Part shown: positions 56,222 to 64,000 of the stretch, piece after piece
How positions within the stretch are numbered: position 1 is the first letter of the stretch
How the letters are laid out: every line of letters begins with the position of its first letter
Origin: Minisyncoccota bacterium
Lineage (GTDB): Bacteria; Patescibacteriota; Minisyncoccia; Phycocordibacterales; Phycocordibacteraceae
Reading direction: 5' to 3'
Assembly (NCBI GenBank): GCA_035627655.1
Contig: DASPLI010000001.1
Location: forward strand, 24,265 to 88,264
DNA length: 64,000 nucleotides
The notes under the pieces: generated by a model
Database searches by the model: none
Seen by the model: only the letters and a program-made list of their open reading frames with translations
What the model was told of the DNA's origin: nothing
Position numbers and translations under genes: made by a program

Positions 56222-57601
56222 CTAGGATGCTAGCACTGTAAGAATAGCCTGCCCAGCCCGCTCCCCCGACCTCCCATCAAGCTTATAGAGCATGCGCTCA
56301 GTAAGCACGTCGCGCTCTGCCTGGAGATACTCTGGATTCTCAAGAAACGTGTTTAGCAGCTGAACTAGGTGTGTGTGACTTCTTGCGAGCGGCACTGCAC
56401 CGGTTTTGATCACGTTGCGATAGTGTTCGCGTTCGTAAATGAAAGCAATGGAGCGACGGTACGGAAGTTTTCGATCACCATCGTACGCGATAATAATGGC
56501 CGGTTTGCGGTTCGCCATCGCATCAAGTGTGAGCGTCGAGTCGACGTTGATGATCACATCTGCATGGCGAAGCGAGTTGGCCAGATGAATAACGTCATCA
56601 TCTTTAAAGGTCCACTGATTCGCATCTTTCCCACTATCGAGGCTGAATTCTCCCCCAGCAGCAAAGTACTTCCCTGGTTTATCAAACACTACATTCGTGG
56701 TTTGCAGTCCCTCGGTCGAGTCTCGATATTTGGGATGAAAGCGTGCAAGTACCTGGAACGGCTCTACGAATGCCCCTTGTGTAATCTGCTCATCGAGCAT
56801 AGCGATAATGGGACGAGTATCGGGAGATTTCCAGTCGCCCGGAATGCCGTAGAGCGCATACCGCGCAGCAGGGTTGAGGCCCACTTTTTCAAGAAACGCT
56901 TCACGTGGCAGGAATATGTCTTCGCGGGTATAGATGTCGAACTGCGGGAACCCAACCACAACAACTCGACTTGGCGGGTAGTCACCATACTGAGACGCTT
57001 CTTTCTTATTGAACTCGTTATACACGAGCAATCGATCTGCTTTCACACGGGTAAACGCCTTCGTCGTCAGCACGTCCCAACTCTTCGCAATCGTAACGCT
57101 TGGCACTTTGCGTCGTCGTGCCGTCAGCAGAAGCCTACTGTCTTCCGGTGAGAACATATTGGCCGCAAACAAAAGATCCGGTCGATATTTCTCAAACAAC
57201 GCTTCGGCGTATGATTCCCCAAACACTCGATAGAGTAGGCGAAGAAACTCTCGCCACACCCGCGAATGCGCTAGTATCCCCGCAATGCTACCGATTACAA
57301 ACAGGTGGTACTTTCCGGTATTCCAGTATTCACGTATCCGACGAACTGCCACTGCGTGCGTGGGTATAGAGTTCCAACCAGCGTAATACCAGAGCGTTTC
57401 CTGTCGAGAGCCGGAAGGCGGTAAGAGTTCGACCGCTACTTGTTCGTTTGCAAACTCGCGCTGGTAATGTTCGATACGGTCAGCACTGCGCACCAGAAGC
57501 ACAATTTTGTGTCCACTTTCCTTAAGTACTCGAAAGACGTCAGTTCGCAAAATGACGCGTTCGGTATCACCATCAAATATGGAAATGAAGATAGTTTTCA
57601 T
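56222..57601 (-). CDS. TagB/TagF-family (CDP-glycerol glycerophosphotransferase-like) polymerising transferase.
   Basis: The C-terminal half has ALYGIPGDW (compare VLYAPTWRD), ARFHPK (the R-x-HP motif) and IINVDSTLTLDAMANRKPAIII (compare ITDYSSV-FDF...KP-I-F). These comparisons are from recall. Confidence 0.4.
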   Translation of the reverse strand: MKTIFISIFDGDTERVILRTDVFRVLKESGHKIVLLVRSADRIEHYQREFANEQVAVELLPPSGSRQETLWYYAGWNSIPTHAVAVRRIREYWNTGKYHLFVIGSIAGILAHSRVWREFLRLLYRVFGESYAEALFEKYRPDLLFAANMFSPEDSRLLLTARRRKVPSVTIAKSWDVLTTKAFTRVKADRLLVYNEFNKKEASQYGDYPPSRVVVVGFPQFDIYTREDIFLPREAFLEKVGLNPAARYALYGIPGDWKSPDTRPIIAMLDEQITQGAFVEPFQVLARFHPKYRDSTEGLQTTNVVFDKPGKYFAAGGEFSLDSGKDANQWTFKDDDVIHLANSLRHADVIINVDSTLTLDAMANRKPAIIIAYDGDRKLPYRRSIAFIYEREHYRNVIKTGAVPLARSHTHLVQLLNTFLENPEYLQAERDVLTERMLYKLDGRSGERAGQAILTVLAS

Positions 57602-58953
57602 GACCGGAATTTGCTTTTGACGAATCTCATCCCATCTCGAATAAACAAGCCGTCCGCGCTATCAGGAAGCACGAGGTGATGCAGTTTGTAGGACAGTTCT
57701 TCTCGCGTCGTCACATACCAAAGACTTATCCCATACGAAAGCACGCTATCAATAAGGAACCAGACAGCGAACCCAGAGAGTCCAAGCCACACAAGGAGAA
57801 ACGGTAAGAAAATAAAGGATAATTTCGAAATGGCGTTGACCATAAAGAACGCCTTTTGCGCCTTCCGTGCGTAGTACCACTCAGTAAGCACGCTTGTGCC
57901 CGAACGAAACGGAATAGCTACCAATAGGAGAAGATAGAGCGGGAGCGCAGCAAGATAACTTGGGAAGAAGGACGGAAATACCACATACGCAATAATCAAT
58001 ACACCAACCCCGACTAAGACCTGTCCCCACAAAGCGTAGCGCATGGCGCGTATAAGCCACTCTCCTATTCGCTCACGATCTGCGGTAAATCGCGGAAGAA
58101 TGGAACGAAGCACGTACTGCACTGGCACGAGCGCGGTCACCTGTCCCACCAGGACAACCGCAATACTGATAATGCCCACCTGCGAAATACTCAGGAAATA
58201 GCCCACGATCCAGGGCCAGGCGGAACTAGCTGCTGTTTGCACATAGTCTTCGGCGAACGCCCACTTCCCTCGCCGCCACATCGCTTCCTTGAATGAGTAC
58301 ACCTGATCCGCCTCAACTGCCTTCTGTGCATCACGAGGCCGAAAGAGAAAGGGCAACAACGCAAGTGTTCCAAAAGTGGTAGAGAGCGTATACGCAAGAA
58401 CGAGCCCGAGGATGCCGTAGTCAAAGACACCAAGAAAGATGACCAAAAGTACGATGTAGCCAACCGCACCAATAAGATCCATTACTTGCGCGTAGGTGGG
58501 TTCGAGGCGCGCCTGAAACGCAACCTGCATCGCTTGTCGCAGTCCGCCAATCAGCAAGGTTACAGCAAGGATCAGCAGCATGGTCGTAAGCCCGATCCCA
58601 GAAATACTGCTGATCACCGGAGCTGCTATACAGAGCGCGCCCGCTGAAAAAAGTCCCATCAGGCAGAAATAGCCAAGTGCTCGGCGCAATATTGCTTGTG
58701 CTGCACCAGATCGCCCTGCGCCAAGCTCACGCGAAATGTCAGCAACCAGAATCCCAGAAATACTCCCAAGACTGATAAGCCCAAAAAAGGACACGACACT
58801 GAGGAGAAGCCGCCAGAGACCGTAGTCGTACGTTGTGAGGTGGGTAAGAACAAAAAAGGTTGCGAACAATCCTAATATCTTTGCGAGCACGCTTCCCGCG
58901 CTGGTGATAAAGACGCCTTCAACTGCCTGCCGTCGGATACTTTTATCGCTCAT
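57598..58953 (-). CDS. Wzx-type polysaccharide/oligosaccharide flippase of the MOP superfamily.
   Basis: About 12-14 TM helices. The N-terminus VFITSAGSVLAKILGLFATFFVLTHLTTYDYGLW is typical of the Wzx/polysaccharide biosynthesis protein family. The start is taken at MSDKSIRR. Confidence 0.7.
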   Translation of the reverse strand: MSDKSIRRQAVEGVFITSAGSVLAKILGLFATFFVLTHLTTYDYGLWRLLLSVVSFFGLISLGSISGILVADISRELGAGRSGAAQAILRRALGYFCLMGLFSAGALCIAAPVISSISGIGLTTMLLILAVTLLIGGLRQAMQVAFQARLEPTYAQVMDLIGAVGYIVLLVIFLGVFDYGILGLVLAYTLSTTFGTLALLPFLFRPRDAQKAVEADQVYSFKEAMWRRGKWAFAEDYVQTAASSAWPWIVGYFLSISQVGIISIAVVLVGQVTALVPVQYVLRSILPRFTADRERIGEWLIRAMRYALWGQVLVGVGVLIIAYVVFPSFFPSYLAALPLYLLLLVAIPFRSGTSVLTEWYYARKAQKAFFMVNAISKLSFIFLPFLLVWLGLSGFAVWFLIDSVLSYGISLWYVTTREELSYKLHHLVLPDSADGLFIRDGMRFVKSKFRS

Positions 58954-60079
58954 GGCTGAGATAGGTAAGAACACGCTCAATACGCGCTCTCCAAGTGTTT
59001 GCAAAACCAAGTCTATCAGCTGCCTGCGCTCGTACGTCCCCTTCCTGCGGATGTTCTTGTACATAGGTGATAGTAGAAGCAAGGGCTTGTGGAGACCCTG
59101 GCTCAAGAAAGAAGGCTTCCTGATCGGAGAGCATTTCTCGTATCGCAGGGAAATCAGCAACCAGTATCGGACGGCTTGCTGCCATATATTCATACAACTT
59201 CATAGGCGACGTTTCCTCCTGAAAGAACTTATGCGGTGGCGGTGTATATATGAGCGCGTCCATGGCAACCGTATAGCGTGCAAGCGTGCTCTGCTCCTGC
59301 TGGTATGGCACGAAGATGGTCCGCTCTGCTACACCAAGCTCTTGCGCACGCTTCCGAAAATGCTCAATCTCTTTCTCCGTTCCACCTACGAAACAGAAGT
59401 GGACGCTCGAGTCTTTAAGCAGTGCGAGCGCGTCCAGTCCTAGGTTGATACCTTTATCAACGCCAAGCGCGAGGAAACGCCCTACGTAACCGACGAGATA
59501 CACATCGCCTGGAAGCCCGAGTGAAGCGCGTAAAAGTGGCTTTGTTTCTTTGAGTGCCGTTACATACGGCTCACGATCGACCGCATTTGGAATAACAGTA
59601 CTCTTTCGAAGAGTACCGAACCGCGCCTTCGCACTGTCTTCCATGTGCTTGGTGACAAACACCAGCGCGTCTGCATTCTTGCAGACAAACCTATCTGTAA
59701 GAGGTGAATGCAATCCATGGCACTCATAAAGCACAGAAAACCTAAAGACGGTTCTCCAAAAAAGGAGGACGGCCGCCATTTTGCTCTCTTGCGTCAGTAC
59801 GATAACCTCCCTTCCTCGCCATGAAGGATGGGTGAGAAAAAACCAGCCACTATAAAAAAGAAAGAAGAGTGAGATGAGTCGGAACCTGCGAAGTGGAAGC
59901 CAGCGAGGTGCCATTGATTGATGCGGTATGTTCGCAAGCTTCCCCGCGTCGTCATAGAGAACCAGATACAGAAAATTGTCCTTTAACAGCGCCGCATATT
60001 CGCGCGCAGTTATGAGCCCATGCTTGAAGGGCGCTGCAAATGCCGGATAGTGGAACGAGGAAGCGAAGAGAACTTTCAT
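58943..60079 (-). CDS. Family 1 glycosyltransferase (GT4-type).
   Basis: C-terminal GT-B domain with the E-x7-E region ETSPMKLYEYMAASRPIL. Confidence 0.75.
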   Translation of the reverse strand: MKVLFASSFHYPAFAAPFKHGLITAREYAALLKDNFLYLVLYDDAGKLANIPHQSMAPRWLPLRRFRLISLFFLFYSGWFFLTHPSWRGREVIVLTQESKMAAVLLFWRTVFRFSVLYECHGLHSPLTDRFVCKNADALVFVTKHMEDSAKARFGTLRKSTVIPNAVDREPYVTALKETKPLLRASLGLPGDVYLVGYVGRFLALGVDKGINLGLDALALLKDSSVHFCFVGGTEKEIEHFRKRAQELGVAERTIFVPYQQEQSTLARYTVAMDALIYTPPPHKFFQEETSPMKLYEYMAASRPILVADFPAIREMLSDQEAFFLEPGSPQALASTITYVQEHPQEGDVRAQAADRLGFANTWRARIERVLTYLSHER

Positions 60080-61731
60080 TTCTCGAGCAGGTAGTCCCCA
60101 AGCGCGAGCGCATCAATACCTGTAGAGAAATAGCAGCGAAGCGCGTCGAAGGCAGAACAGACGATAGGCTCCCCCTTGTCATTGAACGACGTGTTGAGAA
60201 CCATCGGATGCCCAGTTGCTTTCCCAACCTCGGTCAAGAGTTCGTGGAAACGTGGATTCTGCTCTTTGCTTACCGTCTGAATACGTGCAGATCCATCGAT
60301 GTGAGTAATGGCTGGGAATGTTGATCGATACGCTTTCTTTACATAAAAGGTTTGCAGCATGTACGGACTTTCCTTCGCCTTGGGGAGGCCTTCGAAGTAT
60401 GTGGCAGCTGACTCGACCGTTAGGGAGGGTGCAAATGGTCGCCACACCTCTCGATGCTTCACGTCGTTATTGATCTTATCGTTCATCCCAGGAATCTGAG
60501 GGTTCGCGAGGATCGAACGGTTACCAAGCGCACGCGGGCCAATTTCACTTCGACCCTGGAACCAGCCAACAATCTTGCCGTCTTTAATGAGGCGTGCAAC
60601 GTCAGCTGCAATGTGCTCCGATTTTCGATAACTAACTTTTGCGGAGGTCAAAAGCTTCTCGACTGAGTCGTTGTCGTACGATGGACCCCAATACGCATTT
60701 GGAAACGAAACAAAATCACCGTCTCCAACTCGATGCATCGCCTCAAGCGCTGCCCCAAGCGCAACTCCCCCGTCATGCGCGGCCGGCTGTATAAAAACGG
60801 CGTCGACGAATTCTGAAAGAAGGAGACGCGAGTTGCTGTTGCAGTTGAGTGTGACGCCGCCGGCAAGCGCAAACGTGCGCAGTCCGGTGCGTTTATATGC
60901 ATCTTCGCCAAGGTGTACGAATGCCTCTTCTAGAGCATGTTGCAGAGAGGCGGCAAGATCCTTATGATCTTGGGTCAGTGGTTCTGTCTCTAACTTTCGT
61001 TCGTAAGAACCGTACAAGGTACGGATATTCCTTCGATCTACGTGGCATCTATCCCAGCTCTCTACCTTCAGTATTTTTGAGAAGTCAAAACGAGGGGTGC
61101 CGTAGGACGCAAGACCCATGGTCTTCCCTTCCGCATTTTCTCCCAGCTTAAGGAAAGAGGTGAGTTCCGAGTACGTCTTACCAATAGAGCGCCACGGGCG
61201 CGTGTCGGTCGGATAGGCAATCGGAAGGGTCGCAAGTCGAGTCAACTTTCCTCCTCGCCCTTCAAACAAGCCAGCGCAGTCATGTTCGCCCGCTCCGTCA
61301 ATCGTCATGACGTTTGCGTCTTTAAATGGCGCACAGCGATAGGAACTTGCTGCGTGCGCGAGGTGGTGATCTATGTACATGATGCGTGCACCGCCCGCTT
61401 TCTTTGCAAGCATGCCGACGCCGCGCGAAAAGACAAAGATATTTGCGACGTAAGAAAACATCGCCCACGGAGAAAGAAAGAAGAATCCGTTTTTGAGGAA
61501 CCCCCACGGATTATAGGAAACGGCAATAACGTCAATATCCTTAATCGTGATACCGCCTTCCTTAAGGCAGTAGTCAATTGCTTTATGTGGTGTTCCTTTG
61601 TGGTGACGCTGGCGGTTGAACCGCTCTTCTTCCATGGTGGCAACGAGCTTTCCATCCATCACCAGGGCGGCAGCGGAGTCGTGCATACCGGAGAGGAGGC
61701 CGGTCACCTGGTTGATTCCGAGAATATTCAT
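60076..61731 (-). CDS. NodU/CmcH-family O-carbamoyltransferase.
   Basis: N-terminus MNILGINQVTGLLSGMHDSAAALVMDGKLVATMEEERFNRQRHHKG. Also IDHHLAHAASSY and the YrdC/Kae1-like C-terminal half. 551 aa. Confidence 0.8.
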   Translation of the reverse strand: MNILGINQVTGLLSGMHDSAAALVMDGKLVATMEEERFNRQRHHKGTPHKAIDYCLKEGGITIKDIDVIAVSYNPWGFLKNGFFFLSPWAMFSYVANIFVFSRGVGMLAKKAGGARIMYIDHHLAHAASSYRCAPFKDANVMTIDGAGEHDCAGLFEGRGGKLTRLATLPIAYPTDTRPWRSIGKTYSELTSFLKLGENAEGKTMGLASYGTPRFDFSKILKVESWDRCHVDRRNIRTLYGSYERKLETEPLTQDHKDLAASLQHALEEAFVHLGEDAYKRTGLRTFALAGGVTLNCNSNSRLLLSEFVDAVFIQPAAHDGGVALGAALEAMHRVGDGDFVSFPNAYWGPSYDNDSVEKLLTSAKVSYRKSEHIAADVARLIKDGKIVGWFQGRSEIGPRALGNRSILANPQIPGMNDKINNDVKHREVWRPFAPSLTVESAATYFEGLPKAKESPYMLQTFYVKKAYRSTFPAITHIDGSARIQTVSKEQNPRFHELLTEVGKATGHPMVLNTSFNDKGEPIVCSAFDALRCYFSTGIDALALGDYLLEK

Positions 61732-61779
61732 GCAATAGCGACAGTGTAGCGAGGGGCTGAAAAGGACGCAACGTAGGTG

Positions 61780-62427
61780 TTAGGGGCGCGGTTTAGGACC
61801 TTTTGCAGCAAAACAGAGATTAAAGGCAAAGGCCTGCGGAAACCAACGAGCAAGTACCCCGAGACTGCCAATGCCTTCGACCCGAACTTCGGTAAACACC
61901 ACCTCAAGCAATGTCTGTAACTCCTGCACACTGAAGTGATTGATATGTGTCGGGTCAGCAAGCGATGTATGGCGTTTCTGTTTTATGAGATACCGGAACC
62001 GATTCATAAGCGAATAAGGATTCGGCACCGTACCGACTAGCATTCCTCCCGGCTTTAATACCGCTCCTATCTTCTCAAGCACCACTTCCGGATAGTACAG
62101 GTGCTCCAGTACCTTAGCCGCAACAACCACATCATATGAAGCAGGCGCAGTATTCCAATCTCCGTTGAGGTCTACCTGACGTGTTTCAATACCGAGTTCA
62201 GCAGCGCGAGCGAGTGCGGCGGAGTCTATATCAAGTCCAGTTACTGTATTCCCTTCCATGTAGAGCTTGGTGAGAGATCCGTCTCGACAGCCGATGTCGA
62301 GTACTTTCTTCCCTGTACCGATTGCTTTCCGAAGAAAAGCAGAACGCGCATCGCCGAGTAAGACAAATCCTGCACCACGCCTACTAGCGTGATGGGTCAT
62401 ATATACCTGCTCCAAGGAGGTACTCAT
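61780..62427 (-). CDS. Class I SAM-dependent methyltransferase.
   Basis: VLDIGCRDGSLT (motif I), DVVVAAKVLEHL and LKPGGMLV. Confidence 0.7.
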   Translation of the reverse strand: MSTSLEQVYMTHHASRRGAGFVLLGDARSAFLRKAIGTGKKVLDIGCRDGSLTKLYMEGNTVTGLDIDSAALARAAELGIETRQVDLNGDWNTAPASYDVVVAAKVLEHLYYPEVVLEKIGAVLKPGGMLVGTVPNPYSLMNRFRYLIKQKRHTSLADPTHINHFSVQELQTLLEVVFTEVRVEGIGSLGVLARWFPQAFAFNLCFAAKGPKPRP

Positions 62428-63449
62428 GCCTTCACTATAACCTCGGTAAGCGCACTGCCTAGGCGACTTAGGCTATGTCCCTGCGCAAAGCTTAGCAGAT
62501 TGTCTCGATCTACTGCAGGCACGCCAGCACGGAGAACTACTTCAAGTCTTTGAGCAAGTTCTGAAGCGCTAGAAAACCAGTGGGAATCATCGACCATGTC
62601 TCGTATATCGTCGCTGGCAGCAAGAATAAAACAGCCAGCGGCTGCGGCTTCAAAAATAGTTTTGTCGAGCATTCCTGAAGGTGACGCATTCACAAATATT
62701 TCGTGCGAATGAAAATAGCTTGGAGCTTCCTGGTGAGGAACGCCAGGACGTATAGCAACGTGCTCGGTAAGGCCAGTTTGTGTTATGCGTTCTTTAAGGT
62801 CTCGAGCGTAGCCCTCATGCTCAGGAAGCGGCGAGCCGATAATAGAAGCCGAAAATAAAACGCCGCGCTGCTTTAGAAGACCCAGTGCGTCAACAAACAT
62901 ATCTGCTCGCTTTGACGGTGACAGTCTTCCGAAGAAGAGTATGGAGTGTGGCTCTGGTGTGTTATCAGGTTTTGAGAAACGCTCCGTTTCTATACCGACA
63001 GGCATACGGCGTGTTTTTGCATATTTTGCAGTGTACGAATGCTTTGAGGTGCAGAAGACATGTTTACAAAACGATGCTGCAATGTCGGTCAGGAATGAGC
63101 CGTGATGATGGTTTCGCCAAAGAAATGCGGGTTTGCCGAGTATCTGCCAAAGCCAGCCTGCAAGGAGGAGGTACTCCTGATTCATATGTACAAAAACACG
63201 ATCATACCGATTTCGAAGACGCCACACTAACGAGAGAAATCGAATAGCGTACTGCAGTCGAATGGTTCGACCACGCTCCTTGCCGAGGGAATGCACACGA
63301 ACGTTTGCAGGTAATATATGCCGTCCCTCTTTGAGACAAATGACCTCAAGTTCAGGGAAGTGTCCGGCGAGAACTACCAGCCATTCGTGATACACGCTGA
63401 GAACTGGATCGTCGAGATCTACTGCTTGCGTGACGACAAGAAGCCTCAT
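62424..63449 (-). CDS. Family 1 glycosyltransferase (GT4-type).
   Basis: LFFGRLSPSKRADMFVDA...EIFVNASPSGMLDKTIFEAAAAGCFILA is the GT-B C-terminal domain. The start is taken at MRLLVVTQ. Confidence 0.7.
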   Translation of the reverse strand: MRLLVVTQAVDLDDPVLSVYHEWLVVLAGHFPELEVICLKEGRHILPANVRVHSLGKERGRTIRLQYAIRFLSLVWRLRNRYDRVFVHMNQEYLLLAGWLWQILGKPAFLWRNHHHGSFLTDIAASFCKHVFCTSKHSYTAKYAKTRRMPVGIETERFSKPDNTPEPHSILFFGRLSPSKRADMFVDALGLLKQRGVLFSASIIGSPLPEHEGYARDLKERITQTGLTEHVAIRPGVPHQEAPSYFHSHEIFVNASPSGMLDKTIFEAAAAGCFILAASDDIRDMVDDSHWFSSASELAQRLEVVLRAGVPAVDRDNLLSFAQGHSLSRLGSALTEVIVKA

Positions 63450-63453
63450 GATG

Positions 63454-64000
63454 TTACGTAGTTGCCAAAACGTAATAACCAGCGGTTGTGCTCCGATTTT
63501 CTGTCTTGAAGAGCGTATCGAAAAATTCGGCAAGCGGATTTAGGATCCCGCGCATCTTTGCCTGCCCCGGAACAAAGAAAGAAAGAGCAAGGAAGTACCC
63601 GCCACGTTTTTGAATACGTATGTCCGTACACCCCGCAAACAACTCATCGATAGTGTCACGAAAGAATCGCCAATAGTCTGGGTAATGGCCTTTGTGCGCG
63701 TGATACGGATAAATAGATGGTACATAAAGAAAGATCTGCCCGCCTGGCCGAACAATGCGGCGCAGTTCTTTCATGGCCGCAAGCGGGTCTCGCACATGCT
63801 CGAGAACTGAACTACAAATAACGGCATCTACAGAACTGTCAGGAAGCGGGATAGCATGAATATCTCCAACGATATCCGCTCCAGTACTTACGTCGAAATC
63901 CATCGTCTTGTAATCACAGCCAGCAAAGAGAGATTCGTATGGCCGCATCCACTTACCAAAACGTCCGCCTCCGCCAACATCAAGCACTATGCGCTCTTTT
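63454..64000 (-). CDS. Class I SAM-dependent methyltransferase (Methyltransf_11-like), partial; the N-terminus lies beyond the window end.
   Basis: LDVGGGGRFG (motif I), VDAVICSSVLEHVRDP and RPGGQIF. Confidence 0.6.
   Translation of the reverse strand, partial: KERIVLDVGGGGRFGKWMRPYESLFAGCDYKTMDFDVSTGADIVGDIHAIPLPDSSVDAVICSSVLEHVRDPLAAMKELRRIVRPGGQIFLYVPSIYPYHAHKGHYPDYWRFFRDTIDELFAGCTDIRIQKRGGYFLALSFFVPGQAKMRGILNPLAEFFDTLFKTENRSTTAGYYVLATT

Noticed and set aside
1-64000. CRISPR arrays, integrases, transposases, prophage or defence-system genes.
   Set aside because: No short direct-repeat/spacer arrays were seen, and no recombinase, transposase, nuclease or ATPase architectures. The large repeats are intragenic coding repeats.

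Overview
This 64 kb window carries about 60 genes, most on the minus strand. Housekeeping genes (gyrB, pheS/pheT, tsf, rpsB, prfA, rpmE, rplY, gatB, obg, secA, one tRNA-Thr) and a compact glycolysis/pentose-phosphate set are interleaved with many envelope and surface proteins. The carbon set is class I fba, a PfkB kinase, gap, rpiB, rpe and a transketolase split into two subunits. The gene content reads as a small-genome, CPR/Patescibacteria-like bacterium: compact aaRS genes, split transketolase, an embedded type IV pilin, a sortase and giant surface proteins. That placement is inference from the gene content only. The surface-protein set comprises a sortase fragment at the window edge, a CARDB/Pro-Thr-linker protein, a type IV prepilin, a TSP3-repeat adhesin-like protein, a 755 aa poly-glycine protein and a 2369 aa giant protein. 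Three regions stand out. (1) Around 29.7-44.3 kb is a surface-protein island. Its core is the giant gene, whose N-terminus resembles an excisionase-type helix-turn-helix followed by one TM helix and a huge repetitive Gly/Thr/Ser-rich ectodomain. A second, 275 aa gene carrying the same N-terminal module sits upstream across an AT-rich 420 bp spacer. The giant gene contains a ~1.2 kb tandem duplication. (2) From 49.8 to 64.0 kb (and beyond the window end) is a glycan locus. It encodes NeuB-like and NeuA-like nonulosonic-acid enzymes, a cupin, a TagF-like transferase, a Wzx flippase, two GT4 glycosyltransferases, a NodU/CmcH carbamoyltransferase, four methyltransferases and an exostosin-like GT. 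A Wzy_C/O-antigen-ligase-TPR fusion lies next to it and could act as a protein O-oligosaccharyltransferase. (3) Several elements are absent from the ORF track. These are a partial sortase gene at positions 1-354, a 28 aa lysine-rich ORF with a perfect hairpin terminator, a 50 aa hydrophobic ORF, a near-consensus sigma70 promoter and several rho-independent terminators. No CRISPR array, integrase or transposase was seen.
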